Assembly (NCBI GenBank): GCA_041170435.1
Contig: JBEAYU010000030.1
Span: 1,769-65,768, forward strand
Reading direction: 5' to 3'
Origin: Bacteroidota bacterium
GTDB lineage: Bacteria > Bacteroidota > Ignavibacteria > Kapaibacteriales > Kapaibacteriaceae
DNA: 64,000 nt
Shown here: positions 22,293-31,366 of the stretch, piece after piece
How positions within the stretch are numbered: the first letter of the stretch is position 1
Layout: each line of letters begins with the position of its first letter
Position numbers and translations under genes: made by a program
The notes under the pieces: generated by a model
Database searches by the model: none
What the model was told of the DNA's origin: nothing
The model's input: the letters and a program-made list of their open reading frames with translations, nothing else

Positions 22293-23054
22293 ATGCCGAC
22301 GATTGCTGATGAATTGCTTCGCTACCTTCACCAGCAACGACAGCTGCTCGGTTCGACGGTGTACGTCGACAACGTCGACCCATCATCAGTGGTCGTCCAT
22401 GCGCCCGAACCCGATGCTGGTGTTGTCGTTCCCAGCGACGTCGACGGCACGGTCGAGTCTGTACCCATACCTTCAACGGATTCGATCATGAGTGCGACCA
22501 CGCTTGAGGCGTTTCATGCCGATATCAACGGATGCATGAAGTGTCCGCTCGGGGCCACCCGAACCAGTTTCGTCTTCGGCTCGGGTAATCCTGACGCCGA
22601 TATCATGGTCATTGGCGAGGCGCCCGGTGCGGATGAGGATGCTCAGGGGTTGCCGTTTGTTGGTCGGGCCGGTCAGCTGCTGACGAAGATCCTTGAATCG
22701 ATCGAACTCAGGCGCGATGACGTGTACATCTGTAACATTCTCAAGTGCCGTCCGCCAAACAACCGCAAGCCCCTAGTCGGCGAGACCGATTCCTGTGAGC
22801 CCTATCTGTGGAAGCAGATCGAGCTCATTCGACCGAAGTTCATCCTTTGCCTCGGCCTTACGGCCGCCCACACACTGCTAAAGTCCACCGAGACAATGTC
22901 ATCCCTGCGAGGTACCCTCCACGACTATCAGGGTATCAAGACGCTGGTGACGTACCACCCTGCGGCTCTGCTGCGTAATCCCGAGTGGAAGAAGCTTGTG
23001 TGGGAAGACGTCAAGTATCTCCGTTCACTCTACCTGGAAGCCCAACGATCATGA
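22293..23054 (+). CDS. Family-4 uracil-DNA glycosylase (Fe-S)
   Basis: [48 protein letters not shown]. Start uncertain (22275 or 22293). Confidence 0.92.
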   Translation: MPTIADELLRYLHQQRQLLGSTVYVDNVDPSSVVVHAPEPDAGVVVPSDVDGTVESVPIPSTDSIMSATTLEAFHADINGCMKCPLGATRTSFVFGSGNPDADIMVIGEAPGADEDAQGLPFVGRAGQLLTKILESIELRRDDVYICNILKCRPPNNRKPLVGETDSCEPYLWKQIELIRPKFILCLGLTAAHTLLKSTETMSSLRGTLHDYQGIKTLVTYHPAALLRNPEWKKLVWEDVKYLRSLYLEAQRS

Positions 23055-24082
23055 ACATTGCCGTCCTGCTTGGTGGAATCAGCACAGAGCGCAACATCTC
23101 TCTGCTCAGTGGTCGTTCGGCCGTCTTTGCTCTGCGTGAGCTCGGCCATCAGGTCAAAGCGATCGATCCGATGCGCGGTGGTGGCCAGCCCCTTACAGAT
23201 CAGGAACTCCACGACGCATCGCCGCGTGAGGTGACACTTGGAGAGCTGGATTCGTTTGATTCTCGCATGCTCCTTGAGTGCGCAACGTCGGCACATTTGG
23301 AGGGTGTTGATGTTGTCTTCAATCTGCTGCATGGGCGGTATGGTGAAGACGGATACATGCAGTCGCTGCTTGATCTTCGAGGTATCCCATACACCGGCAG
23401 CACCATGCTGGCCAGTGCCACGGCGATGGATAAGGGGCTGTCCAAGCTCCTGTTTCAATCAGCCGGAATACCGACGGCGCCATGGGTGAATGTGACGCAT
23501 GACCAGTTTGATGATGATGGTTTGTTCGAGAGCGTGATGCGCGAGATACCGGGACGGCTCGTGGTCAAGCCCAATGATCAAGGGTCGACCGTTGGCATGA
23601 CGATTCTTGATGAGCCCGACGTGGACTCACTCGAGGCGGCCGTCCGGCTGGCGGGGGCTTTTACATCGTCTGTGATGATCGAGGCCTACGTGCCGGGACG
23701 TGAGCTTACCGTTGCCGTTCTGGGCAGTGAAGCGCTTCCGGTGATCGAGATCGTGCCGAAGCAGGGCTTTTATGACTTTGAGAACAAGTACGTCAAGGGT
23801 AACACCGAATATCATTGTCCGGCCGACATCTCAGATGTGATCGACGAGCATGTTCGAAACCTTGCCGTTGCCGCCCACAGCATCATCGGCTGTCGCGCCT
23901 ATAGTCGCGTGGACTTCCGCCTCACTCCCGAGGGGATGCCGTTCTGCCTTGAGGTCAATACCATTCCGGGATTCACTGCCACCAGTCTGGTTCCAATGGC
24001 AGCAAAGCAGGCCGGAATCGAGTTCCCCGAGCTGTGCATGGAGATCATCCGCCTGTCCGGTGCCGATCGATCGACCGTCTGA
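23051..24082 (+). CDS. ddl: D-alanine--D-alanine ligase
   Basis: [58 protein letters not shown]. Start ATG 23051 overlaps the UDG stop. Confidence 0.96.
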   Translation: MNIAVLLGGISTERNISLLSGRSAVFALRELGHQVKAIDPMRGGGQPLTDQELHDASPREVTLGELDSFDSRMLLECATSAHLEGVDVVFNLLHGRYGEDGYMQSLLDLRGIPYTGSTMLASATAMDKGLSKLLFQSAGIPTAPWVNVTHDQFDDDGLFESVMREIPGRLVVKPNDQGSTVGMTILDEPDVDSLEAAVRLAGAFTSSVMIEAYVPGRELTVAVLGSEALPVIEIVPKQGFYDFENKYVKGNTEYHCPADISDVIDEHVRNLAVAAHSIIGCRAYSRVDFRLTPEGMPFCLEVNTIPGFTATSLVPMAAKQAGIEFPELCMEIIRLSGADRSTV

Positions 24083-24121
24083 GCTCGGTTGCGGTGGACC
24101 GTCAATCGACGGCCTCGATTC

Positions 24122-24129
24122 TATATTTG
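24122..24129 (+). promoter_or_regulatory. -7 promoter element (TATATTTG)
   Basis: Matches TAnnTTTG; 4 nt upstream of GTG 24134. Confidence 0.6.
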
Positions 24130-24133
24130 CGCC

Positions 24134-25132
24134 GTGAAAAACATCATGCTGTCGGGCATCGGCAATGCCCTTGTCGACCTCGAGTACCGCGTTACCGAGG
24201 ATGAACTTGCCACTTTCGGCGTCCAAAAGGGCGCTATGACCCTTACCGATGCGGACCGGCAGCGAGAGATCATCGCGCAGCTGGGTCAGCGCGATGTTCA
24301 CCGATGCAGTGGCGGCTCCGCCGCTAATTCCATCATTGCCTTCGCGCAGTTTGGAGGAAAGGGGGCGTACTGTTCTGTTCTCGGAGGCGATCACTACGGC
24401 GACTTCTACGCTTCCGAGTTCCGGGAGCTTGGCATCGAACTTTCGGCCGCGTCGATCAAGGGCGAGACCACCGGTACGTGCCTGGTGATGATCACGCCGG
24501 ATAGCGAGCGTACGCTCAACACGACGCTTGCTGTCAACGCTGCGTTCGATCGCACACACATCCGAGAGGACGTCATCCGCTCCAGTGAATGGATATACAT
24601 CGAGGGATACAAGCTCACAGACGACAATGGAGCTGAGGCGGTCGATCTGGCCCTGTTCCACGCCCGCAAGCATGGTACATCGGTGGCGGTCAGCTGCTCC
24701 GATGGCTTCATTGTGGATGTGTTTGGCGACCGATTGCGGTCCGTCCTAGCGCATGCCGACCTCGTATTCTGCAACGAGCGCGAAGCCACGGCCCTTGCCG
24801 GTGCTGAGGATGGCGATGAAGCATTTGCCGCACTCTCGTCTCGATTTCGGAACGTCGTTGTCACCAAGGGTGCTGAAGGTTCTCGTGTGCTCTGGAACGG
24901 CACCACGGCCAGCGCTGCGGCATATGCCGTAACACCGGTCGATGCCACCGGCGCCGGAGACATGTATGCCGGTGCGTTCCTCTACGGTGTGCTGCATCGA
25001 TACCATCCGGAGTATGCTGCGCGACTTGCATCCTATGCCTCGGCACAGGTTGTTGCGCAGTACGGTGCTCGACTAAAGGCGAGCCACATCGAAGTACGAG
25101 ACACCATTTTATCGAGTGCCCAAACGTTGTGA
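24134..25132 (+). CDS. PfkB-family carbohydrate/nucleoside kinase (adenosine kinase-like)
   Basis: GIGNALVD, SGGSAANS, FCNEREA, VDATGAGDMYAGAFLYG. Start refined to GTG 24134. Confidence 0.9.
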   Translation: MKNIMLSGIGNALVDLEYRVTEDELATFGVQKGAMTLTDADRQREIIAQLGQRDVHRCSGGSAANSIIAFAQFGGKGAYCSVLGGDHYGDFYASEFRELGIELSAASIKGETTGTCLVMITPDSERTLNTTLAVNAAFDRTHIREDVIRSSEWIYIEGYKLTDDNGAEAVDLALFHARKHGTSVAVSCSDGFIVDVFGDRLRSVLAHADLVFCNEREATALAGAEDGDEAFAALSSRFRNVVVTKGAEGSRVLWNGTTASAAAYAVTPVDATGAGDMYAGAFLYGVLHRYHPEYAARLASYASAQVVAQYGARLKASHIEVRDTILSSAQTL

Positions 25133-26487
25133 CCCTGGGATCGACCATACGTGGTGTACGTATCCTGGCCTCACTGATCGGGGTCATGCTCCCAGTTGCG
25201 GTCTTTGCGCAGTCGGGGATGGACTTCGATGAGTTCAAGCGCCGAGCTGATCCGTACTTCGCCGAAGAGCTCCTTGCTGATGTACGAAATGCGATGCCAC
25301 TCGGCGCCAGCTACCGGATCTGGGGGTGGGACGTTGGCGACTTCAGCGGGGATGGCGTCTATGATCTTGCCGTTTCCCTGCACGTGAGCGGTTCGCGCAA
25401 GCGAGAGTGTCTCGTGTACATGTTCGTCGACGTCGAAGGGTACCTTGTGAACATTTCCAAGATGCCCTTCCCGTTTGTCGATCTACCGCTTGAGGTAGGT
25501 GTTGTCATTCGGGATACATCGTGCTACGTGACGGTAAAGCGTAAGTCGGAAGATTGGTCCATTCTCGGATATCGCTTTCGGGAGGGGGCTGTGGTCCTCG
25601 TTGATCAGTTCGTAACCGACCGAATCGAGTCGATGGGACACGAAACGTATCGCTCATTCCAGTCGCTGGCTACGCGTGAGCGATTCCTTCGGAAGGACGA
25701 TGAGGCTGCCTACGAGAGCGAGTTCATCACCATCCCCTGCTATGGCCGTGCTCGACAGGTCTTTGCTGGCTTTGTCTCTGAGGCATCTGTTCAGGACATT
25801 GATCACGTCACCGATGGGTCATACTGGTGGACGGGTGACGACGACGTGTCCTTCCTGGCGAGGATGGTCTATGACGATGATTATCTGTACCTCAGGGTTC
25901 ACGTGCGTGACTCAAACGTGGTCACCGGGTGGTGCGACACCTGCGTTGCGGATCATGTTGAACTGCATCTCGACGTGACACCTGCTCCAGAGGTGGGGCT
26001 CTCGAGATACGTCAGCATTGTGAATCGCACGGACGTAGCCGTACGACACTCGGCTGACACCGGCCTGTACACCATTTTGGTGCGGCTGGGCGACTTTGGT
26101 GATCGACTGCCACGGGTGGTGGTGCGCACGACGGATGATCTTGATCCCACGCAGAATCAGTCCCGGCGGCTCATTCGTGCCGTTGCCGCCCGGTCAAAGG
26201 ACGGCTACGTGGTCAAGCTCCGCGTCCCGTTTGTTCTGTTAGGCTACCAGAAGGCGCCTATCGACGAGCGTAAGCCCACGGAGTTCGGTTGCACGGTGGC
26301 TGTCCACGATGTGGATAACGAGTTTCGGGCCGAGGAGTACACAGTTATCGCCACGAGCCCCCTGAAAGAGCTTGATCCATCGACCTACGGGGTCATTCGA
26401 TTCGTTCCCGACGGTGTCTGGTACGGCGAGTCCAGCAACATCTACGGCGAAGCCGTGTTGAATACCCTTCGTGAATTGGGCTTTTAG
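25129..26487 (+). CDS. Exported hypothetical protein with an FG-GAP-like motif and a CBM9/DOMON-like C-terminal domain
   Basis: Signal peptide VFA-Q; GDFSGDGVYDLAV; YDDDYLYLRVHVRD..DHVELHLD..GYVVKLRVPF..VAVHDVD pattern. Confidence 0.6.
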   Translation: MTLGSTIRGVRILASLIGVMLPVAVFAQSGMDFDEFKRRADPYFAEELLADVRNAMPLGASYRIWGWDVGDFSGDGVYDLAVSLHVSGSRKRECLVYMFVDVEGYLVNISKMPFPFVDLPLEVGVVIRDTSCYVTVKRKSEDWSILGYRFREGAVVLVDQFVTDRIESMGHETYRSFQSLATRERFLRKDDEAAYESEFITIPCYGRARQVFAGFVSEASVQDIDHVTDGSYWWTGDDDVSFLARMVYDDDYLYLRVHVRDSNVVTGWCDTCVADHVELHLDVTPAPEVGLSRYVSIVNRTDVAVRHSADTGLYTILVRLGDFGDRLPRVVVRTTDDLDPTQNQSRRLIRAVAARSKDGYVVKLRVPFVLLGYQKAPIDERKPTEFGCTVAVHDVDNEFRAEEYTVIATSPLKELDPSTYGVIRFVPDGVWYGESSNIYGEAVLNTLRELGF

Positions 26488-26499
26488 CGTGGGCCGACC

Positions 26500-26507
26500 T
26501 ATTTTTG
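26500..26507 (+). promoter_or_regulatory. -7 promoter element of the atp operon (TATTTTTG)
   Basis: TAnnTTTG match about 20 nt upstream of the first atp-operon gene. Confidence 0.55.
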
Positions 26508-26526
26508 CGCGGCATTTTTTACGGAC

Positions 26527-26778
26527 GTGATGAGCATGTCATCGTCAAAATCGCCGATGCAACAACTTGCACCATACTTGGTCCTGGGCAGCCAGCTTGC
26601 GGGTACGGTGTTGGGGGGTGCGGCGGTTGGATGGTGGATCGACTCGCGTTTGGCGTCGGAGCCGATCGGCATTGTCTCCGGTGTGGTGCTGGGATCGATT
26701 CTTGGACTTACGCAGTTCCTCCGCATGGTCAGTAAGCTGACGCATGAAGAGGGGGCTGGAACGACACAGGAAAGGTAG
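26527..26778 (+). CDS. AtpZ/AtpI-family small membrane protein
   Basis: Two TM helices; LGSQLAGTVLGGAAVGWWID..P.GIVSGVVLG; position at the head of the atp operon. Confidence 0.8.
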   Translation: MMSMSSSKSPMQQLAPYLVLGSQLAGTVLGGAAVGWWIDSRLASEPIGIVSGVVLGSILGLTQFLRMVSKLTHEEGAGTTQER

Positions 26779-27172
26779 AGAACGAGGGGTGGATCCGAAG
26801 GGGCCATTGGTTGCAATCATCACCGCACTGGGCATCAGTGTTGCCAACTCGTCTGTTGGCTACATTGTCTCAAAGCGGGCTCAGTCCAAGGAGTTGAATA
26901 CCTTCATGGGTATCGTCTTTGGAAGCCTCGCCATTCGTGGCATCGTGGTGGTGACTCTGGCCTATCTCTGTTTAGGCGTGATTCAGATGCACCAAGTGTC
27001 GTTTGCCCTGACGTTCTCGATCTCCGCTTTTGCCGGTTTGATGGTGGAGGTGTTTTTTTTTCACTTCTCTATGGAGCGCACAAAGCAGCTGCAGCTGGTG
27101 AACGCAAAACGCCCCTTTAAAAAAAAAGGGTATGAGCCGCTGATAGCAGTCCTTTCCTTGGCGCATGTCTGA
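26744..27172 (+). CDS. ATP synthase protein I-like membrane protein (true start may be GTG 26789)
   Basis: Three hydrophobic segments; lies between the atpZ-like gene and atpB. Confidence 0.65.
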   Translation: MKRGLERHRKGRERGVDPKGPLVAIITALGISVANSSVGYIVSKRAQSKELNTFMGIVFGSLAIRGIVVVTLAYLCLGVIQMHQVSFALTFSISAFAGLMVEVFFFHFSMERTKQLQLVNAKRPFKKKGYEPLIAVLSLAHV

Positions 27173-27192
27173 CAACGAGAACGATCGCGACT

Positions 27193-28302
27193 ATGAATAA
27201 CGAACACGGACAACAGCACGATTCAACACAGCCGTCGGCAGACAGTCTTCATGCCGTGGCCGGAGCCCATAATGCCGGACATGCCGCAGAGCAGTCGGAC
27301 GGGAAGTTCACGTTCAATAAGCTGCTGGATCAGCTTGGTGATCACCACGAGTTGAACATTTTCTTCGGTCACTACGAGATCCTGCCGGTGATTCTCATGG
27401 ACCACGACAACTCTTTCCATACGTATGGAAACGTGCATGCCATGGAAGAGAGTGGTCAGTTCACGATGCATCACCCTGGTCACGGCCATCACATCGTGCG
27501 GACGCATACGGCGCATACGGAGAAGGAGACCTGTCCGATCCCGAACGCGTCGCCATCACTTGACCTGTCGATCACGAACTTCGTCGCATACCAGTGGATC
27601 GCCATGATCCTCGTAACGACTCTGTTTGCCATTGCACGTTCGCGGTATCGCAAGTCACCGATGTCTGCCCCTCGCGGCATTCAGAACGTTCTCGAATCGT
27701 TGGTTCTTTATGTCCGCAATGAGATTGTTCAGCCAAATGTTGGAACCGAGAAGCGGGCTCAGCGACTGATGCCGTTCATGATGTCGCTGTTCTTTTTCAT
27801 TCTTACGCTCAATCTCATCTCCCTGCTTCCCGGTGCGCACGCTGCGACGGGGGCGCTGCCGGTGACCATGGCGTTGGCTACGTGCACGTTGATCGTGGTG
27901 AACTACATCGCCTTCAAGGATGCGGGAGTGAAGGCGTGGTTTGCCCACCTTCTTGGTGGTGCTCCGGTGTATATCGCTCCGATCATGGTGCCGATCGAAC
28001 TTGTCGGCATCATCACCAAGCCATTCGCTCTCATGATCCGTTTGTTTGCGAACATGACGGCTGGACACATCGTTCTCATGTCGTTGGTTGGACTGATCTT
28101 CTTCTTTGCCCAAGAAATGGGTCAGGCCGTTGGCTGGGGCGTGGCTCCGATCAGTGTCCTGTTCTCGGTCTTCATTTACCTACTTGAACTGCTAGTTGCA
28201 TTCCTTCAAGCGTACATCTTCACCATGCTTTCGGCTGTGTTTGTAGGTCTTGCCTTGGGCGATCACGCCCACGATGACCACCATCACGCTGAAGCGCACT
28301 GA
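27193..28302 (+). CDS. atpB: F0 ATP synthase subunit a, with His-rich N-terminal, internal and C-terminal segments
   Basis: PRGIQNVLE, PIELVGIITKPFALMIRLFANMTAGH, LELLVAFLQAYIFTMLS. Confidence 0.96.
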   Translation: MNNEHGQQHDSTQPSADSLHAVAGAHNAGHAAEQSDGKFTFNKLLDQLGDHHELNIFFGHYEILPVILMDHDNSFHTYGNVHAMEESGQFTMHHPGHGHHIVRTHTAHTEKETCPIPNASPSLDLSITNFVAYQWIAMILVTTLFAIARSRYRKSPMSAPRGIQNVLESLVLYVRNEIVQPNVGTEKRAQRLMPFMMSLFFFILTLNLISLLPGAHAATGALPVTMALATCTLIVVNYIAFKDAGVKAWFAHLLGGAPVYIAPIMVPIELVGIITKPFALMIRLFANMTAGHIVLMSLVGLIFFFAQEMGQAVGWGVAPISVLFSVFIYLLELLVAFLQAYIFTMLSAVFVGLALGDHAHDDHHHAEAH

Positions 28303-28371
28303 TCCACACGTCAACAAGTCGAACAGCATTAACAACACATTTCATTCATCTTCACTTTGGAAGGAAATCTC

Positions 28372-28605
28372 ATGAGTCCAGTCGCATTTGCCTGGTTGTC
28401 AGCCGGTCTCGGTCTCGGCATCACGGTCTTCGGCGTCGGCACGGGTATCGGCCGCCTTGCAGCAGCCGCTCTCGAAGCCAGCAGCCGCCAGCCTGAAAAC
28501 GCCGGTGATATCCGCACGACGATGATCATCGGCGCCGCTCTTATCGAAGGCGTTGCCCTTCTTGCCGGCGTCGTCTGTATTCTCCTGGCCGTCAAGAACC
28601 CATAA
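28372..28605 (+). CDS. atpE: F0 ATP synthase subunit c
   Basis: GxGxGxG helix, RQPE loop, AALIEG (ion-binding Glu); AAGGA upstream of ATG 28372. Confidence 0.97.
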   Translation: MSPVAFAWLSAGLGLGITVFGVGTGIGRLAAAALEASSRQPENAGDIRTTMIIGAALIEGVALLAGVVCILLAVKNP

Positions 28606-28720
28606 TCCTGACACCACCCTCGACCCCGCACGCCGGGGTCGGTCGTCAGGTGCGACCTCAAACCCGCTCCTGACGACCGAATGACGACACCAACCCAGAA
28701 CCCAAAACCCATAACCTGAC
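28606..28720 (+). other. Structured atpE-atpF intergenic element (two hairpins, flanked by a direct repeat)
   Basis: Stems CGACCCCG 28621-28628 / CGGGGTCG 28634-28641 and TCGGTCGTCAGG 28639-28650 / CCTGACGACCGA 28669-28680; AACCCATAA(T)CCTGACA at 28597-28613 and 28706-28721. Confidence 0.7.
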
Positions 28721-29215
28721 ATGCCAGCATTTCTATCCTTCGACCCCGGTCTGGTGATCTGGACCTTGATCAACTTCAGCATCTTCGCCCTGATCATCGG
28801 AAAGTTCGGCTGGAAGCCGATGCGCGATGCCATTACTTCACGCGAAGAGTCCATTCGCGAGGCGATTGCCGGCGCGGAGCGCGCCAATAAGGAGGCGCAG
28901 GATCTGATCCGTGAGAACCAGGAGCGTCTGGCCAAGGCACAGCGCGAGACGATGGACATCGTCAAGGAAGGTCGTGTTCAGGCAGAGAACATCATCCGTC
29001 GCGCCACGGAAGAGGCTGAGCACGTCAAGCAGCAAAAGCTCGCCGAGGCACAGCGTGAGATCGATCGTCAGAAGGACGATGCCATTCAGGTGTTGCGCTC
29101 GGAAGTGGCCTCATTGGTTGTGGGTGCAACGGAGAAGCTCATTGGTCGCTCGCTCGACGGTGAGGATCACAAGCGCATCGTTGACAGTTACGTAAACGAA
29201 CTCTCGAAGAACTGA
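28721..29215 (+). CDS. atpF: F0 ATP synthase subunit b
   Basis: DPGLVIWTLINF TM segment, KFGWKP, long coiled coil. Confidence 0.96.
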   Translation: MPAFLSFDPGLVIWTLINFSIFALIIGKFGWKPMRDAITSREESIREAIAGAERANKEAQDLIRENQERLAKAQRETMDIVKEGRVQAENIIRRATEEAEHVKQQKLAEAQREIDRQKDDAIQVLRSEVASLVVGATEKLIGRSLDGEDHKRIVDSYVNELSKN

Positions 29216-29220
29216 TCACC

Positions 29221-29760
29221 ATGTCCAGTCTCAAGATCGCACGCCGATATGCCAAGTCACTGATCGCTACAGCGGTGGCATCGGGAACCGTCGACACTGT
29301 ATCGGCAGATATGGCTCTGATCCATTCAACCGTTGATGCATCCAAGGAGTTGCAGGCCATGATGCGCAGTCCGGTCATCACGCACGACCTCAAGAAACGC
29401 ATCATCGACGATCTGTTCTCGGACAAGGTCAGCCCCCTGACGCTTTCTTTCCTGCACCTCGTGATTGAGAAGGGGCGGGGCGACATTTGGCGAGATGTGG
29501 CGAGCGAGGTCAGTGCGCAGGTCGATTCGATTCGCAATGTCCAGCGCGTAGAGGTTACTTCCGCCGCTGAGCTCTCGTCGGATGAGCGCTCGCGAATTGA
29601 AGGTGCGCTCTCGAAGTCGCTTGGCCGTTCCATAGCAGCCACCTACTCCGTCGATTCATCGATCATCGGCGGGGCCGTGATCCGCATCGGTGATCAGGTG
29701 CATGATGGGTCACTTCGACATCAACTCGCCGTGCTCGGCAAGAAGCTGACGCAGGCCTAA
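29221..29760 (+). CDS. atpH: F1 ATP synthase subunit delta
   Basis: IARRYAKSL, VDSSIIGGAVIRIGDQVHDGSL. Confidence 0.96.
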   Translation: MSSLKIARRYAKSLIATAVASGTVDTVSADMALIHSTVDASKELQAMMRSPVITHDLKKRIIDDLFSDKVSPLTLSFLHLVIEKGRGDIWRDVASEVSAQVDSIRNVQRVEVTSAAELSSDERSRIEGALSKSLGRSIAATYSVDSSIIGGAVIRIGDQVHDGSLRHQLAVLGKKLTQA

Positions 29761-29803
29761 CTCATACCCAACACAACGACACAAACCCTAAGGAATTACG
29801 CAA

Positions 29804-31354
29804 ATGGCTGATGTTCGTCCAGACGAGATCTCCTCGATCCTGCGCAAGCAACTCACAGGATTTGAAAAGGAGACGGATATCTACGAAGTGGGCACCGTGC
29901 TCCAAGTTGGTGACGGTGTTGCACGCATCTACGGTCTTACCAACGTGATGGCCTCGGAACTCGTCGAGTTTCCTAACGGCGTGGTCGGCATGGTGCTGAA
30001 CCTTGAAGAGGACAACGTCGGAGCGGTGTTGTTTGGAGATGACTCGCTTGTGAAGGAAGGCGACCAGGTTCGTCGTACGGGTCGGATCGCTTCCGTACCG
30101 GTCGGTGATGCTCTGGCGGGGCGCGTGGTCGATCCGCTCGGCCGTCCGATCGACGGAAAGGGTCCCATCAAGGAGTCGGCCATATACCCGATCGAGCGTA
30201 AGGCTCTTGGTGTGATCGATCGCCAGGGTGTGCATGAGCCCCTTCAAACGGGCATCAAGGCGATCGACTCGTTGATTCCAATTGGTCGTGGCCAGCGCGA
30301 GCTGATCATTGGTGACCGTCAAACGGGCAAGACAACAGTCGCACTCGATGCGATCATCAGTCAGGCCTATACGCACACGAAGGAAGCGCAAGAGCAAGGC
30401 ATCAAGCCCGTGTACTGCGTGTACGTGGCGATCGGCCAAAAGGGTTCCACGGTAGCGAACGTGGTGGCAACGCTTGAGAAGTACGGCGCCATGGGATACA
30501 CGACGGTTGTCGCGGCATCTGCTTCCGATCCGGCACCACTTCAGTTCATCGCCCCCTACTCGGGCTGTTCGATGGGTGAATACTATCGCGACAACGGACG
30601 CCATGCCCTGGTGGTCTATGATGACCTTTCCAAGCAGGCTGCGGCGTACCGTCAGGTGTCTCTGCTTCTACGCCGTCCACCGGGACGTGAGGCCTATCCG
30701 GGTGACGTGTTTTACCTCCATAGTCGCCTCCTGGAGCGCGCTGCAAAGCTCAGCGATGCCCTCGGCGCCGGTTCGCTGACGGCACTGCCCGTGATCGAAA
30801 CACAGGCCGGTGACGTGTCAGCATACATTCCAACGAACGTGATCTCGATCACGGACGGACAGATCTACCTCGAGCCAAGCCTGTTCAACGCCGGTGTTCG
30901 TCCGGCCCTGAACGTTGGTATCTCTGTGTCGCGCGTGGGCGGAAATGCTCAGATCAAGGCCATGAAGAAGGTGGCTGGTCCACTCAAGCTCGATCTTGCC
31001 CAGTACCGCGCCCTTGAAGCCTTCGCTCGCTTTGGTTCGGACCTCGACAAGACCACGCAGCAGCAGCTGCGTCGTGGTGCACGACTTCTCGAAGTGATGA
31101 AGCAACCGCAGTATTCGCCGGTTGCCGTCGAAGATCAGATCATCGCCATTTATGCTGCATCGCAAGGCTTCGCAGACGAATTGCCGGTGGAAAGCATCAA
31201 GAGGTATGAGACCGAACTGATCGACTTTGTGCATGCCAACCACGCTGACATTGTCGAAGGTCTTCGTGTCGAAAAGGCCCTCACGGATTCGATCGTTGAA
31301 AAGTTGAAGACAGCGCTGACGACCTTCACGCAGCGGTTCGCCGCTACAGTGTAA
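29804..31354 (+). CDS. atpA: F1 ATP synthase subunit alpha
   Basis: [43 protein letters not shown]. Confidence 0.98.
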   Translation: MADVRPDEISSILRKQLTGFEKETDIYEVGTVLQVGDGVARIYGLTNVMASELVEFPNGVVGMVLNLEEDNVGAVLFGDDSLVKEGDQVRRTGRIASVPVGDALAGRVVDPLGRPIDGKGPIKESAIYPIERKALGVIDRQGVHEPLQTGIKAIDSLIPIGRGQRELIIGDRQTGKTTVALDAIISQAYTHTKEAQEQGIKPVYCVYVAIGQKGSTVANVVATLEKYGAMGYTTVVAASASDPAPLQFIAPYSGCSMGEYYRDNGRHALVVYDDLSKQAAAYRQVSLLLRRPPGREAYPGDVFYLHSRLLERAAKLSDALGAGSLTALPVIETQAGDVSAYIPTNVISITDGQIYLEPSLFNAGVRPALNVGISVSRVGGNAQIKAMKKVAGPLKLDLAQYRALEAFARFGSDLDKTTQQQLRRGARLLEVMKQPQYSPVAVEDQIIAIYAASQGFADELPVESIKRYETELIDFVHANHADIVEGLRVEKALTDSIVEKLKTALTTFTQRFAATV

Positions 31355-31366
31355 GGCAGGGCTTGC

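Noticed and set aside
27119-27193. Frameshift fusion of the atpI-like gene to atpB at the A9 run
   Set aside because: The -1 frame is the atpB frame, but it hits TGA at 27133-27135 before reaching atpB.
27165-27200. Mini-ORF MSDNENDRDYE bridging the atpI-like stop and the atpB start
   Set aside because: Only 11 codons with no ribosome-binding signal; easily arises by chance.
28372-28605. Na+-translocating ATP synthase
   Set aside because: Subunit c has IEGVAL and lacks the Gln and Glu-Ser/Thr..Tyr residues of Na+-binding c-rings; consistent with H+ coupling.
29762-30604. 280-aa ORF antisense to atpA (likewise 40684-41466 against katG, 63434-63988 against dnaK, 23831-24673 and 5901-6779)
   Set aside because: Shadow ORFs expected from biased codon usage in GC-rich conserved genes; no recognisable motifs or expression signals.
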